Notes: a model not told the origin generated them from the letters alone. A stretch of 64,000 nt of DNA from Octopus vulgaris (GCA_951406725.2 OX597815.1:179180001-179244000), one strand, 5' to 3'. Positions 14,279 to 28,152 are shown, counted from the first letter of the stretch. Program-made: numbers and translations.

Positions 14279-15022
14279 AATAAATGAATAAATAAATAAA
14301 ACATATGCATATGCATATATGGGTACAGGACACCAAAAAAACGTCGAACACAATGAGAAACGAAAACATAAACACAAAACCAAGGAAATGGACATTTTTC
14401 TTAAACAACGAAAAAATAGAGTACAGGACATACAAAACAAGGAAAATTCCCCTTCTTCAGTCGCCTTTGTTTCATCTACTCCACGTTTCGAAGGTCAAGG
14501 CGATACATGACTTTAATGAAACAATCATTCCCGCGAAAATCAAATTAAATAAAATTTGAGATTTTTTTTGCGGAGGGGTAAAATTGATAACAAAAACAGG
14601 ACAGTAACGACAGTACAAAATATAAACAGTAAAAGACAGGACAAGGAGAATAGCAGTAGCACAAACAAGAAGGGCTGTTAAGCCGAACGAGATAAAATCA
14701 CAAATTTTATTTAATTTGATTTTCGCGGGAAGGATTGTTTCATTAAAGTCATGTATCGCCTTGACCTTCGAACGTGGAGTAGATGAAACAAAGGCGACTG
14801 AAGAAGGGGAATTTTCCTTGTTTTGTATGTCCTGTACTCTATTTTTTCGTTTTTTAAGAAAAATGTCCATTTCCTTGGTTTTGTGTTTATGTTTTCGTTT
14901 CTCGTTGTGTTCGACGTTTTTTTTGATGTCCTGTACCCATATATGCATGTATATATACATGTAGAGGTAGGTACGTACATATATGTATGTATATATGTAT
15001 ATGTTTTATTTATTTATTAATT
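14279..15022. repeat. Long fold-back element (arms ~14279-14565 and ~14694-15022), PLE-terminus-like
   Basis: Near-perfect inverted arms; partial copies at 28285-28520 and 34505-34583; contains ctgaaga and cgaaacg motifs. Confidence 0.85.
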
Positions 15023-15070
<48 letters not shown>

Positions 15071-15074
<4 letters not shown>

Positions 15075-15259
15075 AGAGTTTACGAAAAAAACAAAAGACG
15101 AAGACAGGTGGTGTACAAAACAAACAGATATATTAGTATAACACTCAGGAATAGAAAAAGTCTTTTACGTTTCGAGCCTACGCTCTTCTACAGAAAGGGA
15201 CACAGAAAAAAAACAAGGAGAGAAACAAGAAGAGAAAAAAGGAGAGAAAAAGGAGAGAA

Positions 15260-15260
<1 letters not shown>
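15071..15260 (-). mobile_element. Family F1 element with hammerhead-like motif
   Basis: Reverse complement cttt-CTGTAGA-a-gagc-gtag-gctc-GAAA-cg-TA-aaag at 15162-15197; between (TA)n tracts. Confidence 0.6.
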
Positions 15261-15295
<35 letters not shown>

Positions 15296-15313
15296 TTCTC
15301 TCTCTCTCTCTCT

Positions 15314-15391
<78 letters not shown>

Positions 15392-15464
15392 TGAGAAAGG
15401 TGATTACATGTTTAAACCTGGATATACACTATATACGTGTATATATGCGTATTCCTTCACTGAT

Positions 15465-15600
15465 ACCAGCCACTGACTGGTCAATTCCTCACCAAACGTT
15501 TCGGTGATATCACAAGCAGTTTCAGCTGCTTCACGTCCTTTTTTGAAGTTGAATAGCAAAATTGCTCGAATATTGCGCTTTGACCTTTCCATTTCAGATG
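15465..15600 (-). mobile_element. Mariner transposase N-terminal HTH fragment
   Basis: MERSKRNIRAILLFNFKKGREAAETACDITETFGE matches the Mos1-type first HTH. Confidence 0.75.
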
Positions 15601-16030
15601 ATTGTAACGACGGTGGAAAAATATCAATGTTCATTTATTGAAGCATTTGGGCAAGTTTATGTTTATATTATCAAACAATTGCAAAAAAAAAAAAAAAAGT
15701 TTAAGAAATTAAAAACTCTGGAAAAATCCGGTACAGATTCTTCATGGTTCAAAACGTTGCCCGCTTCTTAGTGAACCTGGTATATACCAAAGTACTGGAT
15801 CTCGTTATATTATGGTAAACGTTCTCGATATGGGTGTCCCAACTTGGCCGCAATATAATTAATGAAACCCATAAATGAATTAATTAAAATTATGTATGTA
15901 CATGTGTAACTGGGGATTCTAGTTTTCTGCTATCATACCGTCAACCTCCACTGCCACAAAATATAATTAATAAGGATAAACATGAAATCAAGAGAGAGAG
16001 AGAGAGAGAGAGAGAAGGAGAGAGAGAGAA

Positions 16031-16066
<36 letters not shown>

Positions 16067-16177
16067 GATAGTCAGTTGTTAGAAAGAAAAGTCGACGAAT
16101 AACAGGAAAGATATGCGACTGAGTTAATAAATTCTAACATATATACGTATGCCTATACATAACACACACACAAACAC

Positions 16178-16237
<60 letters not shown>

Positions 16238-17044
16238 GCGGTTAACATATAGAATGAACGAGCCTACTTAGAATATCAACAAGATCGTAATCACTTCCTC
16301 TGAGGCGAAACTTAATGACACTGGATTTAATTAATTTTTCAGATAATTGGATTTAGGCTGCTCTTCCGTATAGTTCCAGTTCGTCTTCATCCATTTAATT
16401 ATTATCGTTGAAAGCTTAACGTAGTTAACTGATTTATATACACGCCTGATTTTTCTGTTCATCTCTGCACTTACGATTCTGTACATAAAATATAATCGAT
16501 ATGAACACTTGATAAAATTAAACATACCATATGAGAAATCCAGGATGCAACCACAAGAAGCTAACTAATGAAGTATATTTGAATATACTTGATATAATAT
16601 TGAATGTCAGAACGGGGATTCACTATGAAACTTAAAAGCTACTATAGTAATGTCATTATTGTATACTATACAACATTTGAATACATTTGATACAGAAGGT
16701 ACTAAAGGTTAAGTGTACAATAATTGTACCATAAAAAGCACATTCTGTTATTAACTATTCAGGCTCTCTTATTCCACTAGCCGTAACCTAGTAATACACA
16801 ACGTGAGAAGACTTCCGAAGACCCGATGAAAATAGGAGACAAGACAAGGAAAAATGAATCCATCAACGGGAATATTGATAATATTAAAACGGCTGACAAG
16901 GCAGGAATAGTTAATAACAGACGGGATTCGGACTCTGACACCAATATAACACGCACTGCAGTGGGTGATGGTAGTAAACTAAGGAGCAGCAGAGACATGT
17001 AGCAGGAACTATAACACAATAAATAATAAAGCCAGGGAACTAGG

Positions 17045-17450
17045 TCTCTGTAAATGTGCTGGGAATAAAGTATGCCCCTTAAACTCTAGCTGTTTGACGA
17101 AGAACCTAGTATATAGATGCAAAACCACTTCCGAGGGAAGGTCGTACTTCTATATAGCGGCCAGCTCGCTAAATTTCAGAAAAAGACTTGCTAATCATTT
17201 AAGTTCATTTAGAGATAGAAATAAGATGAACAACACGAACCTAAGCAAAGTAATCTGGTCCCTTAAAAATAGGAACCATAGCTATATCACAGAGTGGGAG
17301 ATAATTAGTACAGCTAAACCGTATCATGCAGGAGAAAATAAACGTGAGCTTTGTATAGAAGGAATATAGCAAATCTTCACACCAAGACACAGATTACTTA
17401 ATAGTACACTGAAACAGGCTTTAAGATGCTTGCATAAACATACCAAAATA
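17045..17450 (+). mobile_element. Penelope-like element GIY-YIG endonuclease relic
   Basis: CKC..NKVCPL..CLTKNLVYRC...FYIA..NFRKRLANH..SF...TNLSKVIWSLK...EWEII..AKPY...LC. Confidence 0.8.
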
Positions 17451-18062
17451 TTTCAGAAATTTAACGAACGTTCTAGACACTCAATATCCTACCCACAGAT
17501 TGATGGGATAGGAAGGAAAGAAGCCTATTTCCACAAAACTTCACAAATACATGGCTTTGTCATAACTATCCTAGGATATATTCAGTCTGTCTTCTACTAC
17601 TCAGCACAAATAACAGTACGAAAATATGTGAATAACTAAAAACATTACAAGGACTACCCAACTACTACAATGCACAATGAAGCCTGCCAAAACAGCTCGA
17701 CCTAATTAGATAGAATCCTGACTTCGGCCAGCAACTGGTGTGATACCAAGCTCAACCACACAAGCTTACTAAGAGATCAGATTTCACATTCAAAACAACC
17801 TTCCATCAATTCTCTCTGAACCTTAACCAACAAACAACTAATTGTATTCAGTTCGCTTCGAGACTAGCTGGTGGACAAACACGGAATGAAGCTGTACAGA
17901 AAATTATGCCCGGTTGCATGTCCAACTGCCCATACTATATGCAGTGGAAACACGTGTAGGTCGAAATAACCATAAAAATATGCTGTATGAAATTGTAAAA
18001 TAAAAGGTAACAAATTTTGAGGATGAACAAGTCTCCATATTCTATATCGTTATAATTATTGC

Positions 18063-18114
<52 letters not shown>

Positions 18115-18127
18115 TGTGTGTATATAA

Positions 18128-18290
18128 TTTGAAATTTACAGGAAAATAAAAGACGAAGACAGGTGTATAAACAACAAGCAGGTGTTTTAGTTTGACGCAT
18201 GGGAAAGTGAGAAAGTCTTTTAGGTTTCGAGCCTACGTTCTTCAACAGAAACGAATAAGAGAAAATAAACAGAGAGAGAATAAAAAGCCT
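18128..18290 (-). mobile_element. Family F1 element with hammerhead-like motif
   Basis: Reverse complement ttt-CTGTTGA-a-gaac-gtag-gctc-GAAA at 18217-18251. Confidence 0.55.
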
Positions 18291-18468
18291 GTATATTTAG
18301 CGATCAAGCATAGCGACTGATTGGGCGGGGGCGGTTTGACAGGAGAGGCAGAAAGAAGGAGAGATAATAAAGTATTGGCGATCCAAAAACGAAGGTGCCC
18401 GAGCGTGTGTGTGTATGTGAGAATTTGTAGCGACTTTGACGTGGATGTGCACGCGTGTAAGTGAATGC

Positions 18469-18552
<84 letters not shown>

Positions 18553-18681
18553 AATACGGTTAGTAGGAGTATTTTGATGATATATTTGTAACTGAGGAAC
18601 CTGCAGATTAATCTTCATGTATTGAGAGAGGTGAATTAGTCATTTTAAACAACACTAAAATTAAAATGCATTCAGTTAGTT

Positions 18682-19070
18682 TACTCTTTTACTCTGTTAC
18701 TTGTTTCAGTCATTTGACTGCGGCCATGCTAGAGCACCGCCTTTAATCGATCAACTCGACCCCGGGACTAATTCTTTTGTAAGCCCAGTACTTATTCTAT
18801 CGGGTTTTTTTTTGCCGAACTGCTAAGTAACGGGAACGTAAACAAACCAGCATCGGTTGTCAAGCAATGCTAGGGGGACGAACACAGACACACACACACA
18901 TATATATACATATATACGACGGGGTTCTTTCAGTTTCCGTCTACCAAATCCACTCACAAGGCATTGGTCGGCCCGGGGCTATAGCAGAAGACACTTGCCC
19001 AAGGTGCCACGCAGTGGGACTGAACCCGGAACCATGTGGTTGGTTAGCAAGCTACTTACTACACAGCCAC
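18682..19070 (-). mobile_element. SINE family A
   Basis: High similarity to other A copies. Confidence 0.9.
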
Positions 19071-19599
19071 TTGTGAATTTCAACTTCACACCTGATTCTG
19101 ATTTTCATCATTCTGGAGCACCAAAAACAGTTACCAATATTACAAAGTTATTAATTGCTATAAACTCATTATATAAAGCCATAAATGTGGTTTGCATTCC
19201 TAGTTAGATGTCACTTAACTACGCACAATAAAAGGGACACTGAATCAAGCGTTATGTTTCTTTTTTAGTAGCAGCATAAGAATATGGTAGATCATTACTT
19301 GCAAACTAATAAAATATTCTTTTTTTTCATCGATGTTTTAAAGATGTACAATCGGAGAAAGAATGGGATATTTTTTATCTAATGCAGTATTTCGGAATTA
19401 ATTCTTTATCGCTATTAATTAAACAGTATTTTCTCTAACGAGCGAGTTTACTATAAGTTGCTTCTACAAAGCAACTCATTGTATAAATCAACATTTTAAA
19501 TTAAAGTGACAGTAAATTCTGTTTATATAAAATTTAATTATTTTACGACGCGTTGTGTAGGCATCAGTAATACAACTGAAGAAAGTAAATTTATATCAC

Positions 19600-21600
19600 G
19601 ATTAAAGATTCACCCGTTAGATTCGATGCCCAATTTTAGACTTTTAGTTTCCATTTTTGTTTATTTTCCATTCCTAAATATATTTCAAACCAATTCTAGA
19701 TTACGCTGATTCTTTAAAATAAGTTACTTTCATTGTCTGTATTCAAATTTCGATTTATTGCGTATTTGCTTTCATACCTAAATATGAAAGATAGCATTTT
19801 AATTCACTTTTCTTTGTTATTTCTGTCTTTTATCTCTATAAAAATTGTCATCTGATATCGTACTTTTCTGAGCTTTCTCTTTTTAGTGGATAAAAAAATT
19901 ATATTTTCCTTCTTTCTATTTAAATTTCTGTTTATATCTATCCAATTCTTATAAATATATATTTCCAGTCAATCTTAAAACATTCACCAAAATATACGAA
20001 GAAAGACTGTTTCTTGCTAAGGATTCGACCAACTCAAGAACTCTTTATTATGCAAACGCATCGATACGTTGTAAATGTATTAGAATATTACTAAAAAAAA
20101 TCATCCATACATCTAAAGAGTTTGTCTACATAGAATTCTGAAAAGATTAAGAATCTATAGAGCAACTTCAAACCCTGATATTTTATTAAAACTGGAATGA
20201 AGAAAAATTACTTATAGTAAAATCTGGATTTCAATAACTACTTTACCAAATCTGGCAGTAGTTATTATTTTGGCTTTGTTCTATTATATTCTTACTTTTT
20301 CCATATAAGCAAAATTGATTGCAAAAACTTTGTTAGAACGATTGAGTGTTATGAATATTTTCAACAGACTTGTAACACATTTTTATATATTACAAAAAAA
20401 CAGAGACAGAAGCGATAAAATCTTTTCGCATTTCATGAAGAGAAGAATTATGTCTGTTAATTCTCTAGAAAACTTTTCTGAAGCATTTTAGATTAAATAA
20501 TCAGGTTATACCATTAAATTAAACAGCTTCTAATTAATTGCTGCAGAAACTAACAAATCATCCGAACGACAAAAGGTTGAAAATGATATATCGTTATATG
20601 TTTTATTCCCCGAGAGAAAATTATTTAAAAGCAATAATTGTGTTGAAATTGTTCTTTTTAGAATAGGATTCCAAGCGGTAATTTTATAATTTATCGTTTC
20701 GGGCGGCTTATGTGCGAATATATTTTAAATGTTGATATATTTTCAATTAATAATATACAAAGTAAATTAGAAGAAAATATCAAATAATTATAGTTATATA
20801 AATTATAGTCGGAACAATATTGTAATGGTCAACATAGGTTTTTCAACAAACTTATAAATCTCATGTAAAGCATTCGGTGTCAACATTAATGTTAATACTT
20901 AGCCATCTCTGCATCATATCTCATATGAATATATCGTCGAAAGACAAATTACTGCAATATTCTTCCAGATATAACATCTCTGATGGGTGTAATGTGTTTA
21001 CAAATGTATCTGTGTGGACATCAGTGGGAGATGAAAATCAATCCCAGTAGTGACTTGCAAAAACGCCAAATGCACATGAATGACGTGTATTCGCAGCCAG
21101 TCACATGACTAAACGAAATTTGTTACCGATGCATAGAAAACAGTGATTAAAACATTTTGTATTATTAGAAACCGTCCAGCCGAATAAAAACCCGATATAT
21201 GCAATAGGAAGCAGTATTAGTTTTAAATAATCATCTCGGTATCATACAACATGGTTGAAAGTTAAATTGCTGATGAGGCTCAAGTTGGCCGACATGCCAA
21301 TGGCGAACTCGATAGCTGCTTCTTGCACGAATTTTGCTTCCCACTTATGTATATTGTATTTCTAAACACATCACATCTATGATAGATGATATCATCTCTA
21401 TTATAGATGTAATCAAATATCTGGTCAACAAGAACGTTATTATAAACATTCCATGGGTTTAGTTAAAAGTAAATCTGCGGAAAAATGCCATTACCTTATC
21501 AATGAATGCATCGTTAGTTTAAATTTACTGCAAGCTTTTTTTCGTTTCCGGACAGGATGTAAAACATTCTAGATTCAAGAATACATACCAAATTTTCTTG
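19600..21600 (-). pseudogene. Possible heavily decayed Toll-like receptor pseudogene
   Basis: Ordered remnants across stops and frameshifts: QIYFxLNPW, CFNHCFLC, DVHTDTF..EMLYLEE, hydrophobic IVPTIIYITIIIxYFLLIYFVYY, KTYNDISFSTFCRSDD, RLHNKEF, KYIxEWK. Confidence 0.3.
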
Positions 21601-21849
21601 GAATATGTTAAGAAAGTAATATGCTGAAAAATCTTCTAGAAGCTTTATTCAGAGACTAACCAGGAATAGTCTTCTTCATATCCGTAATATCTTCAATATG
21701 CATCTCCCATCCCAACTGCTTCACCTCAAAGTAAAAATGAAATGAATTAAGAATTGAAAATTTGATTTTTATGTATGTTTTCCTTAACAGTTCTTCGGAT
21801 TGGACATCAACTGGTTTACGGTTCCTTGCTCACAATGATCACATCTCCG

Positions 21850-22500
21850 CACCGTATGATCTATTGAAAATTATTATTCCTAAGAACCTGTAACATTCCA
21901 CTTCAGATATCGGAAAAATAACCAAGTGAGTAGCAATTTTTGTTTTGAGTATCAGTTTTGTTTTTGCTTGTATTAACTAGCTTGATATGCTTATGTCTCC
22001 GTTTACAGCTGATCAAAGTTCAGTTTGTGTACCATTATCAAGCAATCAAGTCATTTCCCTTAGCTGTTCTATCATGAAGTTTTGGGATCACAATCTCAAC
22101 AGTCCCTTCATTGATGTTCAATGTTCTGGGTTTAATATTAAATCAATATTTGTTGTGGATTTCTCGTACTCATCCTGCCCTCTCACCTCATTCTAGAGTT
22201 TTCTTTAGAATGACACTGAATCTCCTTGGGAACGAGCTGCTTTGATTTTTATGGATTGTTCTCTCGTGTCTCTGTAGATTACTGATTGGTTTCCATTGAA
22301 TTTCTTCTTAATCATTTTACTTTCAGCATCTCTCTTCTGATATCAGAGTTTTCAATGACAACTTTAATATCTCCAAACATTAAAAAAAAAAATATTTTTC
22401 ACTCTTTGTTGGTGGAGACTATATTGGTCTTTTCATATGTGATAAGCTACACGATATGACTGAAAGTTTTCCGAAGTGTTTCGAACTTAGAGGCTTCCGT
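21850..22500 (-). mobile_element. Decayed R4/Dong-like reverse transcriptase N-terminal fragment
   Basis: KKFNGNQSVIYRD and AKTKLILK resemble pre-RT motifs of RLE-type LINEs; many stops. Confidence 0.35.
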
Positions 22501-22608
22501 AGTTTTTCAAACTGATAGTTTCCCGAATATTGGAGAACCTTTTCCCCATTTTCAGCAATGGCACTTTTTTTTTATTGTTTCGCCTTTCTTTCATCTGTAT
22601 CACCAAGG

Positions 22609-22710
22609 TGTAGAGCCTTCTCTCCTTATTTTTGCAAACTAGCGCTTGTTCATATGCCCTATCATATAAACAAGCGCTAATTGGAAAAAATAAGGAGGGA
22701 AGGCTCTACA
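22609..22710. repeat. ~100 bp hairpin / mini fold-back
   Basis: tgtagagccttc...agcgcttgtt mirrored by aacaagcgct...gaaggctctaca. Confidence 0.8.
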
Positions 22711-22914
22711 TTGTAAATAAATCTCCTTCGCTTTTGTTAAACGTTGTTAGAGTCAGCACACTTGCCTTTTTATTTACTCTTGTCAGATGCTGTCTTTTAT
22801 GAAGAAGTAATCTTCTCTCGAAAAATTTCATTGAAAATATCTTTGAAATGTTTAAACACTTCGTTCTGTCAATGAATGGAATATTTTTATATTTTTACTG
22901 TTGTTACTAAATTC

Positions 22915-23624
22915 ACTTACAGCATGTTGGCAGTCAGCTTGAGTGTGTGCCAGCATAAAGCGGTAAACTTAGTTGCCAGGCAGCCTAAGAGTAGCAGAGA
23001 TCATTGTTGAGATTATGAAACCATGACCAGCAGGAAGGGGCCCAGCAGGCATTCTGACTGCGTCCGCACGCCGGGATTACCCCCACATCTTTGAAGAAGG
23101 TCTTAAGTTCAATTCAGATGGTTATGTGAAGCTGTTGGAGATTGTGGCCAATCCCTGGCTGGAGAAGATTGCTGCTGGAAGGCTATTTATGTGGAAGAAG
23201 AATTCGGCTCTTTACCATACCTCCAGAAATGATAAGTGGTGGTCGGAGAATTTCTACGACTTTACCAGCTCCAATTTCAGGCTCCTAATTCCCCGATTGT
23301 AATCCCATAGACAACTATGTGTGGGACACAGTTAAAAAAGATATCAACTGCTCTGCCTGAAATACCAATGCCAATTTGATGGTCAGAATCAAGCAGGTGT
23401 TCGGAGAATGTCCCTGGGAAGATAGTGAGGAACGCATGCACTTGGCTCCGGAGCCATCTGGAGACCGTGGCGGAAGTTTAGGGCGGCTACTTTGAGGAAA
23501 CTGTTATCTCCCGACCATAGTCCAGTTGGTATATTTTGATTTGTAAAATACCTTTATATTTGGATGGGATATCGTGTTTTCGTTTCCTTTTATGCAAACT
23601 GTCAAATTTAACCTGAGCACCCTG
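22915..23624 (+). mobile_element. Tc1/mariner (maT-like) transposon relic
   Basis: PHIFEEGLKFNSDGYVKLLE..PWL, NSPDCNPIDNYVW motif; ends caccctg followed by TA. Confidence 0.8.
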
Positions 23625-24949
23625 TACATTATCGCAGTAACTGCTATTGTAAGTTACACGATCAAATTCCTATCTCGATGGAATGGGGTTGTAAAATCTA
23701 CAATAATTGAACCCAGAACGCAATGTATGGCCAAAAATGTAATGAAACAGATTTTTCTTATTGATTTAAAGATAACGAATGCCGCGGGCTTTTATACATC
23801 AAATTAAATTTACAGAAGAAAATAATAAACACGTATTTTGACGGAAAAATTCATGTAAAAGACTTTCACACAAAACGTAACACATGATGTTAGAAAGACT
23901 TCTTATTAAAACAATAGTACAACAAAGTATTTCCAAAAAAGTTTAAACCGAAACGTGAAGATTAAGAAATAACTCTACGAGGATAATGTATTTGATAACG
24001 AAAAGAAAAGAAAATGTTATCGATTTGAAGTCGTGACGCAGTAAAAATCTATTTAAAATACATTTTTTGTTGTTGTAATAAGCAAGGAATTAACAATAAA
24101 ACACAATACCAACTTGAATTAACCCTATAATGCCCAAAAGGATCAATATGCAAGAAAACATATATTGGATATTTTCAGCTTATTTAAGAGGAAAGAATAT
24201 GATTTATCTAATACATAAAATATTCTTAAATATATGGTTTCGCGTGTTTCACTCCTTTCCCAGCGGATATGTTCGATCTTCGCCTCAAGGTTTTGCCGAT
24301 CGTATCAATCCCAACGCTTAATTCAGCCTAACACGTATTTTATCGATTTGTATCATTAAATTACGAAACATAAAGGAACATAGCGCGTATAACAGAAACA
24401 TAGATACAAAAATACAAATATTAGACACAAACATATAGACATGTATGAGATCTCTTCAACGATGGAACTGACAGCTACTTTCATCTAATTATATTCTTTA
24501 ATTCTTCGACGATGGGGTTGGTAACTACTAATATCCTTTATTAAGGATATTCCTTAATTCTTTCCTTCTGAAGACGGTAACTTTGATATAAAGGGAAATC
24601 TTTGTTCTTGTTCAGTGGCCTATGCACAACATGTACAATTATTCTAGAAATAATTGCCTCATTTCTTAATCCCTTACTTACTCTAATAACTCTGCAATTT
24701 TGTTTCAATTATAAATTACATGCTCTAAAGTGATACGGCATATTTGCTTGTTTATTCTTTCATTCTAATATACATATATATTTACCCGCTCAATAGCCAA
24801 TCATTACTCAACATATAGCCATTCATTACTAGGACACTATAACACCACTTTTGCTTTAGTTGAAATTCAAGGCGGAAATTCAGTGGTAAACCAACTCGAT
24901 CATTCATCGTACATATCTATTACATTATGTCATTAGACGGAATTTAAAT

Positions 24950-24950
24950 A

Positions 24951-24987
<37 letters not shown>

Positions 24988-25135
24988 CACATGTATATAT
25001 ATGCATATATATGTATATATATATATGGATGTATATATATATATATGTATATATATATATGCATGTATATATATGTATATATATATATGCATGTATATAT
25101 ATATGTATATATATATATGTATATGCATGTATATA

Positions 25136-25168
<33 letters not shown>

Positions 25169-25372
25169 GGATGTATATATATATACATATATATATGCAT
25201 ATATATATATGTATATATGTATATATATGTATATATATGCATATATATATATATCATATATATATATGTATATATGTATATATATGTATATATATGCATA
25301 TATATATGCATATATATATATATATGTATATATATATGTATATATATGTATATATATATATGCATATATATA

Positions 25373-25402
<30 letters not shown>
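24950..25402. repeat. Compound (CA)n/(TA)n/(TATG)n microsatellite
   Basis: Direct inspection. Confidence 0.95.
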
Positions 25403-25403
<1 letters not shown>

Positions 25404-25589
25404 TGAAAAAAGAGAAATGAACACGCAATCCAGCGAGAAAAGTATTAAAGATAACCGTTGACAAATTTGGATGTATAAACGCCCTCAGGCAAGCCGCATG
25501 TGCGAGTACACTCACTCATACAAGCATCCGCAAAAACGTGAGCATACGCACCCGTGAGGTTTGATTTGTGCAAAAATACATTTATATAT

Positions 25590-25970
25590 CTGTAGGCATC
25601 TCGAGAGTCGTTCAGAAATTATATTAATAATCTTCTCGTTAGTCCACAGGGATTCCTCGGAGCAGAGACGGAATCTCCTTGAAATTATATTGTATAGTTT
25701 CGCGTATGGACCAATTAATGCTGTACTTCATTTTATCTCCATTCATTCACCATACAAAATCTGCCAAAGATGTTGAATGTCTTTTATTGATTATCTTAAA
25801 GCTGGCAACATGGTCACGATAACATTTCTTAAATGAATCAACCGTCTGCCCAATGTAAACATACGGCCCTCCCCTTGTGTACACGGTTACATTTATATAC
25901 AAGATTTGTACTCATACAGAGATTCATCAAAGGACATTTTGATTTTTCTCTGCATGAGCATTTATTTGTA
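25590..25970 (-). mobile_element. Penelope-like GIY-YIG relic
   Basis: CSCREKSKCPLMNLCMSTNLVYKC...YIGQTVDSFKKCYRDHVASF...STSLADFVW...INWSI. Confidence 0.8.
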
Positions 25971-26158
25971 TATAATGCAGTCCCGACTCTATTTACCGGC
26001 GTTGTTACCGTGTTAGCTGAACCATAAGTATTTCTACTACTACAAATTGGTCGTAGTTGGTGTTTATCATTGCAGTTTATATCTCTTTGGTTGGTATTTA
26101 GATGCGCATGTTCGTTAGATCAAGTAGGTGGGTTATTGAACCATTGGCACACTTTGCT

Positions 26159-26204
<46 letters not shown>

Positions 26205-26979
26205 TATATATGTATATCTATGTGTGTATATACATATATCAATATACATATGTATATGCGTGTATATATATATCAATATATATATATATGTATATATATA
26301 TATGTTATATATGCGTGTGTATATATTCAGCTCATGGTCGCAGCTCTGAGCTGAAACTAGAAAAAATATATATGTATATGTATATATATATACTTACACA
26401 CTCATGCATATTATTCTTTAACAAAAATAATGTTGATAGTGACCTCGAAGTTTCGACGCTGCTTAGTCTTCATATAAATTTGTATACACACGCACTCGCA
26501 CTCGCACGCGCGCACACACATACACACACACTCACACACTAGATGCTGGACGAGTTGAAGTTCTTTTTTATCAAAAGAAAGAGTTGGCTGCACATCGCTC
26601 CCTCAATTCCTCACAATATGCCCAATGGCAAAACTAAAGCGAAGCCTTTGTGAGGATGCAAGAACTTGCTCTGATAGCCGAAAGGGTCGGTTTTATTTCA
26701 ATTTCTTCCATTTTCATTGGTACAGTCATCGACTCCTAATAGTGTTGTGAATTTGTTGGCAGTCATTCAGATTCGGTTGCATACAATTGGAGCAGCACAC
26801 ATATGGCTTATGTAAAATCTATTTTGTAAAAATCAAAAACATTATGAATTTAGCAAACATTATTATGTGCATATAAAAAGGCAGGAAGGACAGTCCTATG
26901 AAGTTAAATGTTTTCAATGTATTCTATGCCTCACAAGAAATGCAAACACTCACATACAGGTGTGCACATGAACGCACAG

Positions 26980-27278
26980 GGGAGGCACATGGCCTAGTGG
27001 TTAGAGCAGCGGACTCGCGATCAAGGGATCGCGGGTTCGAATCTCAGACCGGGCGATGTGTGTGTTTATGAGCAAAACACCTAAGCTCCAAGCGGCTCCG
27101 TCAGAAGGTAACGGCGAACTTCTGCTGACTTTTTCGCCACAACTTTTTCTCAATCTTTCCTCCTGCATCTTACAGCACACATGCGACGGATCGGCGTCCC
27201 GTCCAGGTGGGGAACCTATACGCCAAGGAAACCGGGAAACCGGCCCTTATGAGCCAGGCATGGCTCGAGAAGGAACAA
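26980..27278 (+). mobile_element. SINE family C (tail type 3)
   Basis: tRNA-like head tggcctagtgg / ggttcgaatct; V-domain-like tgcgacggatcggcgtcccgtccagg; TSD acatgaacgcacag at 26966-26979 and 27279-27292. Confidence 0.85.
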
Positions 27279-27695
27279 ACATGAACGCACAGACGCACTA
27301 ACGCACACTAAAGGAGATAGTTTTTTTGATTTACTGGAACTCTCTTCAGTTCCAGACCAAAGTAGAACAAATGCTTGGTGGCAGTTTGGATCAGTTCCAA
27401 ATAAGAAAATGTGATAATCTGAAGAAACATCATATTCTCCACAATCGATATACAATTGAAGAAACGGCAGTTCTTTTCCCTGCAGGATAAAGTACAGTTA
27501 TGTGCACTTGTATCTGCGCCAATAGGCGTTGTCAGCACAGCGTTTGTCTCCCTTAGCTCCGGCAGACGGGATCCTTAGAGACATCAACGGCCGATGGAAT
27601 TTGCATAAATGAAACGACAATGCACTAAGGGGAACAACTCTCAGTCACCAGTGACAAGTTTTAGACAGATAGGAATACATTAAATAGCGTGCAAG

Positions 27696-27754
<59 letters not shown>

Positions 27755-27756
<2 letters not shown>

Positions 27757-28099
27757 GCAAAATAGTATGTGACAATTATTCAATAGCCAAGATAAAACTC
27801 TGAGTTTCGGATGCCGAGGTGGAAATCCACAACACCATCTCTTCGGTTATCTGGCCATCTGAAAATCGCTATGAAAAAGACCGTTATACAAATTTCCCTT
27901 TGTATAACGGTCTTTTTTGATAGCGTTTTCAGATGGCCGAGATAACCGAAAGAGATGGTGTTGTGGATTTCCACCTCGGCATCCGAAACTCAGAGTTTTA
28001 TCTTGGCTATTGAATAATTGTCACATATTATTTTACAGATAAATTCCTCTATTTACACAATATTGAGGTCTCTTTCTTTTGTTATCTTACCGTTTTTTA

Positions 28100-28103
<4 letters not shown>
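27755..28103. mobile_element. Fold-back element with hammerhead-like motif in each arm plus unique 3' tail, in (TA)n
   Basis: ~135 bp inverted arms centred near 27895; agataa-CCGAAGA-gatg...catcc-GAAA-ctc-a-gag-TT-ttatct. Confidence 0.75.

Positions 28104-28150
<47 letters not shown>

Positions 28151-28152
<2 letters not shown>

Noticed and set aside
21065-21115. Minus-strand HVTGCEYTSF resembling an H3TH nuclease TGCD motif
   Set aside because: Single short match without supporting flanking motifs
26980-27055. tRNA-like sequences (also 10700-10770 and 8440-8509)
   Set aside because: SINE heads continuing into SINE bodies with TSDs; no complete acceptor stem
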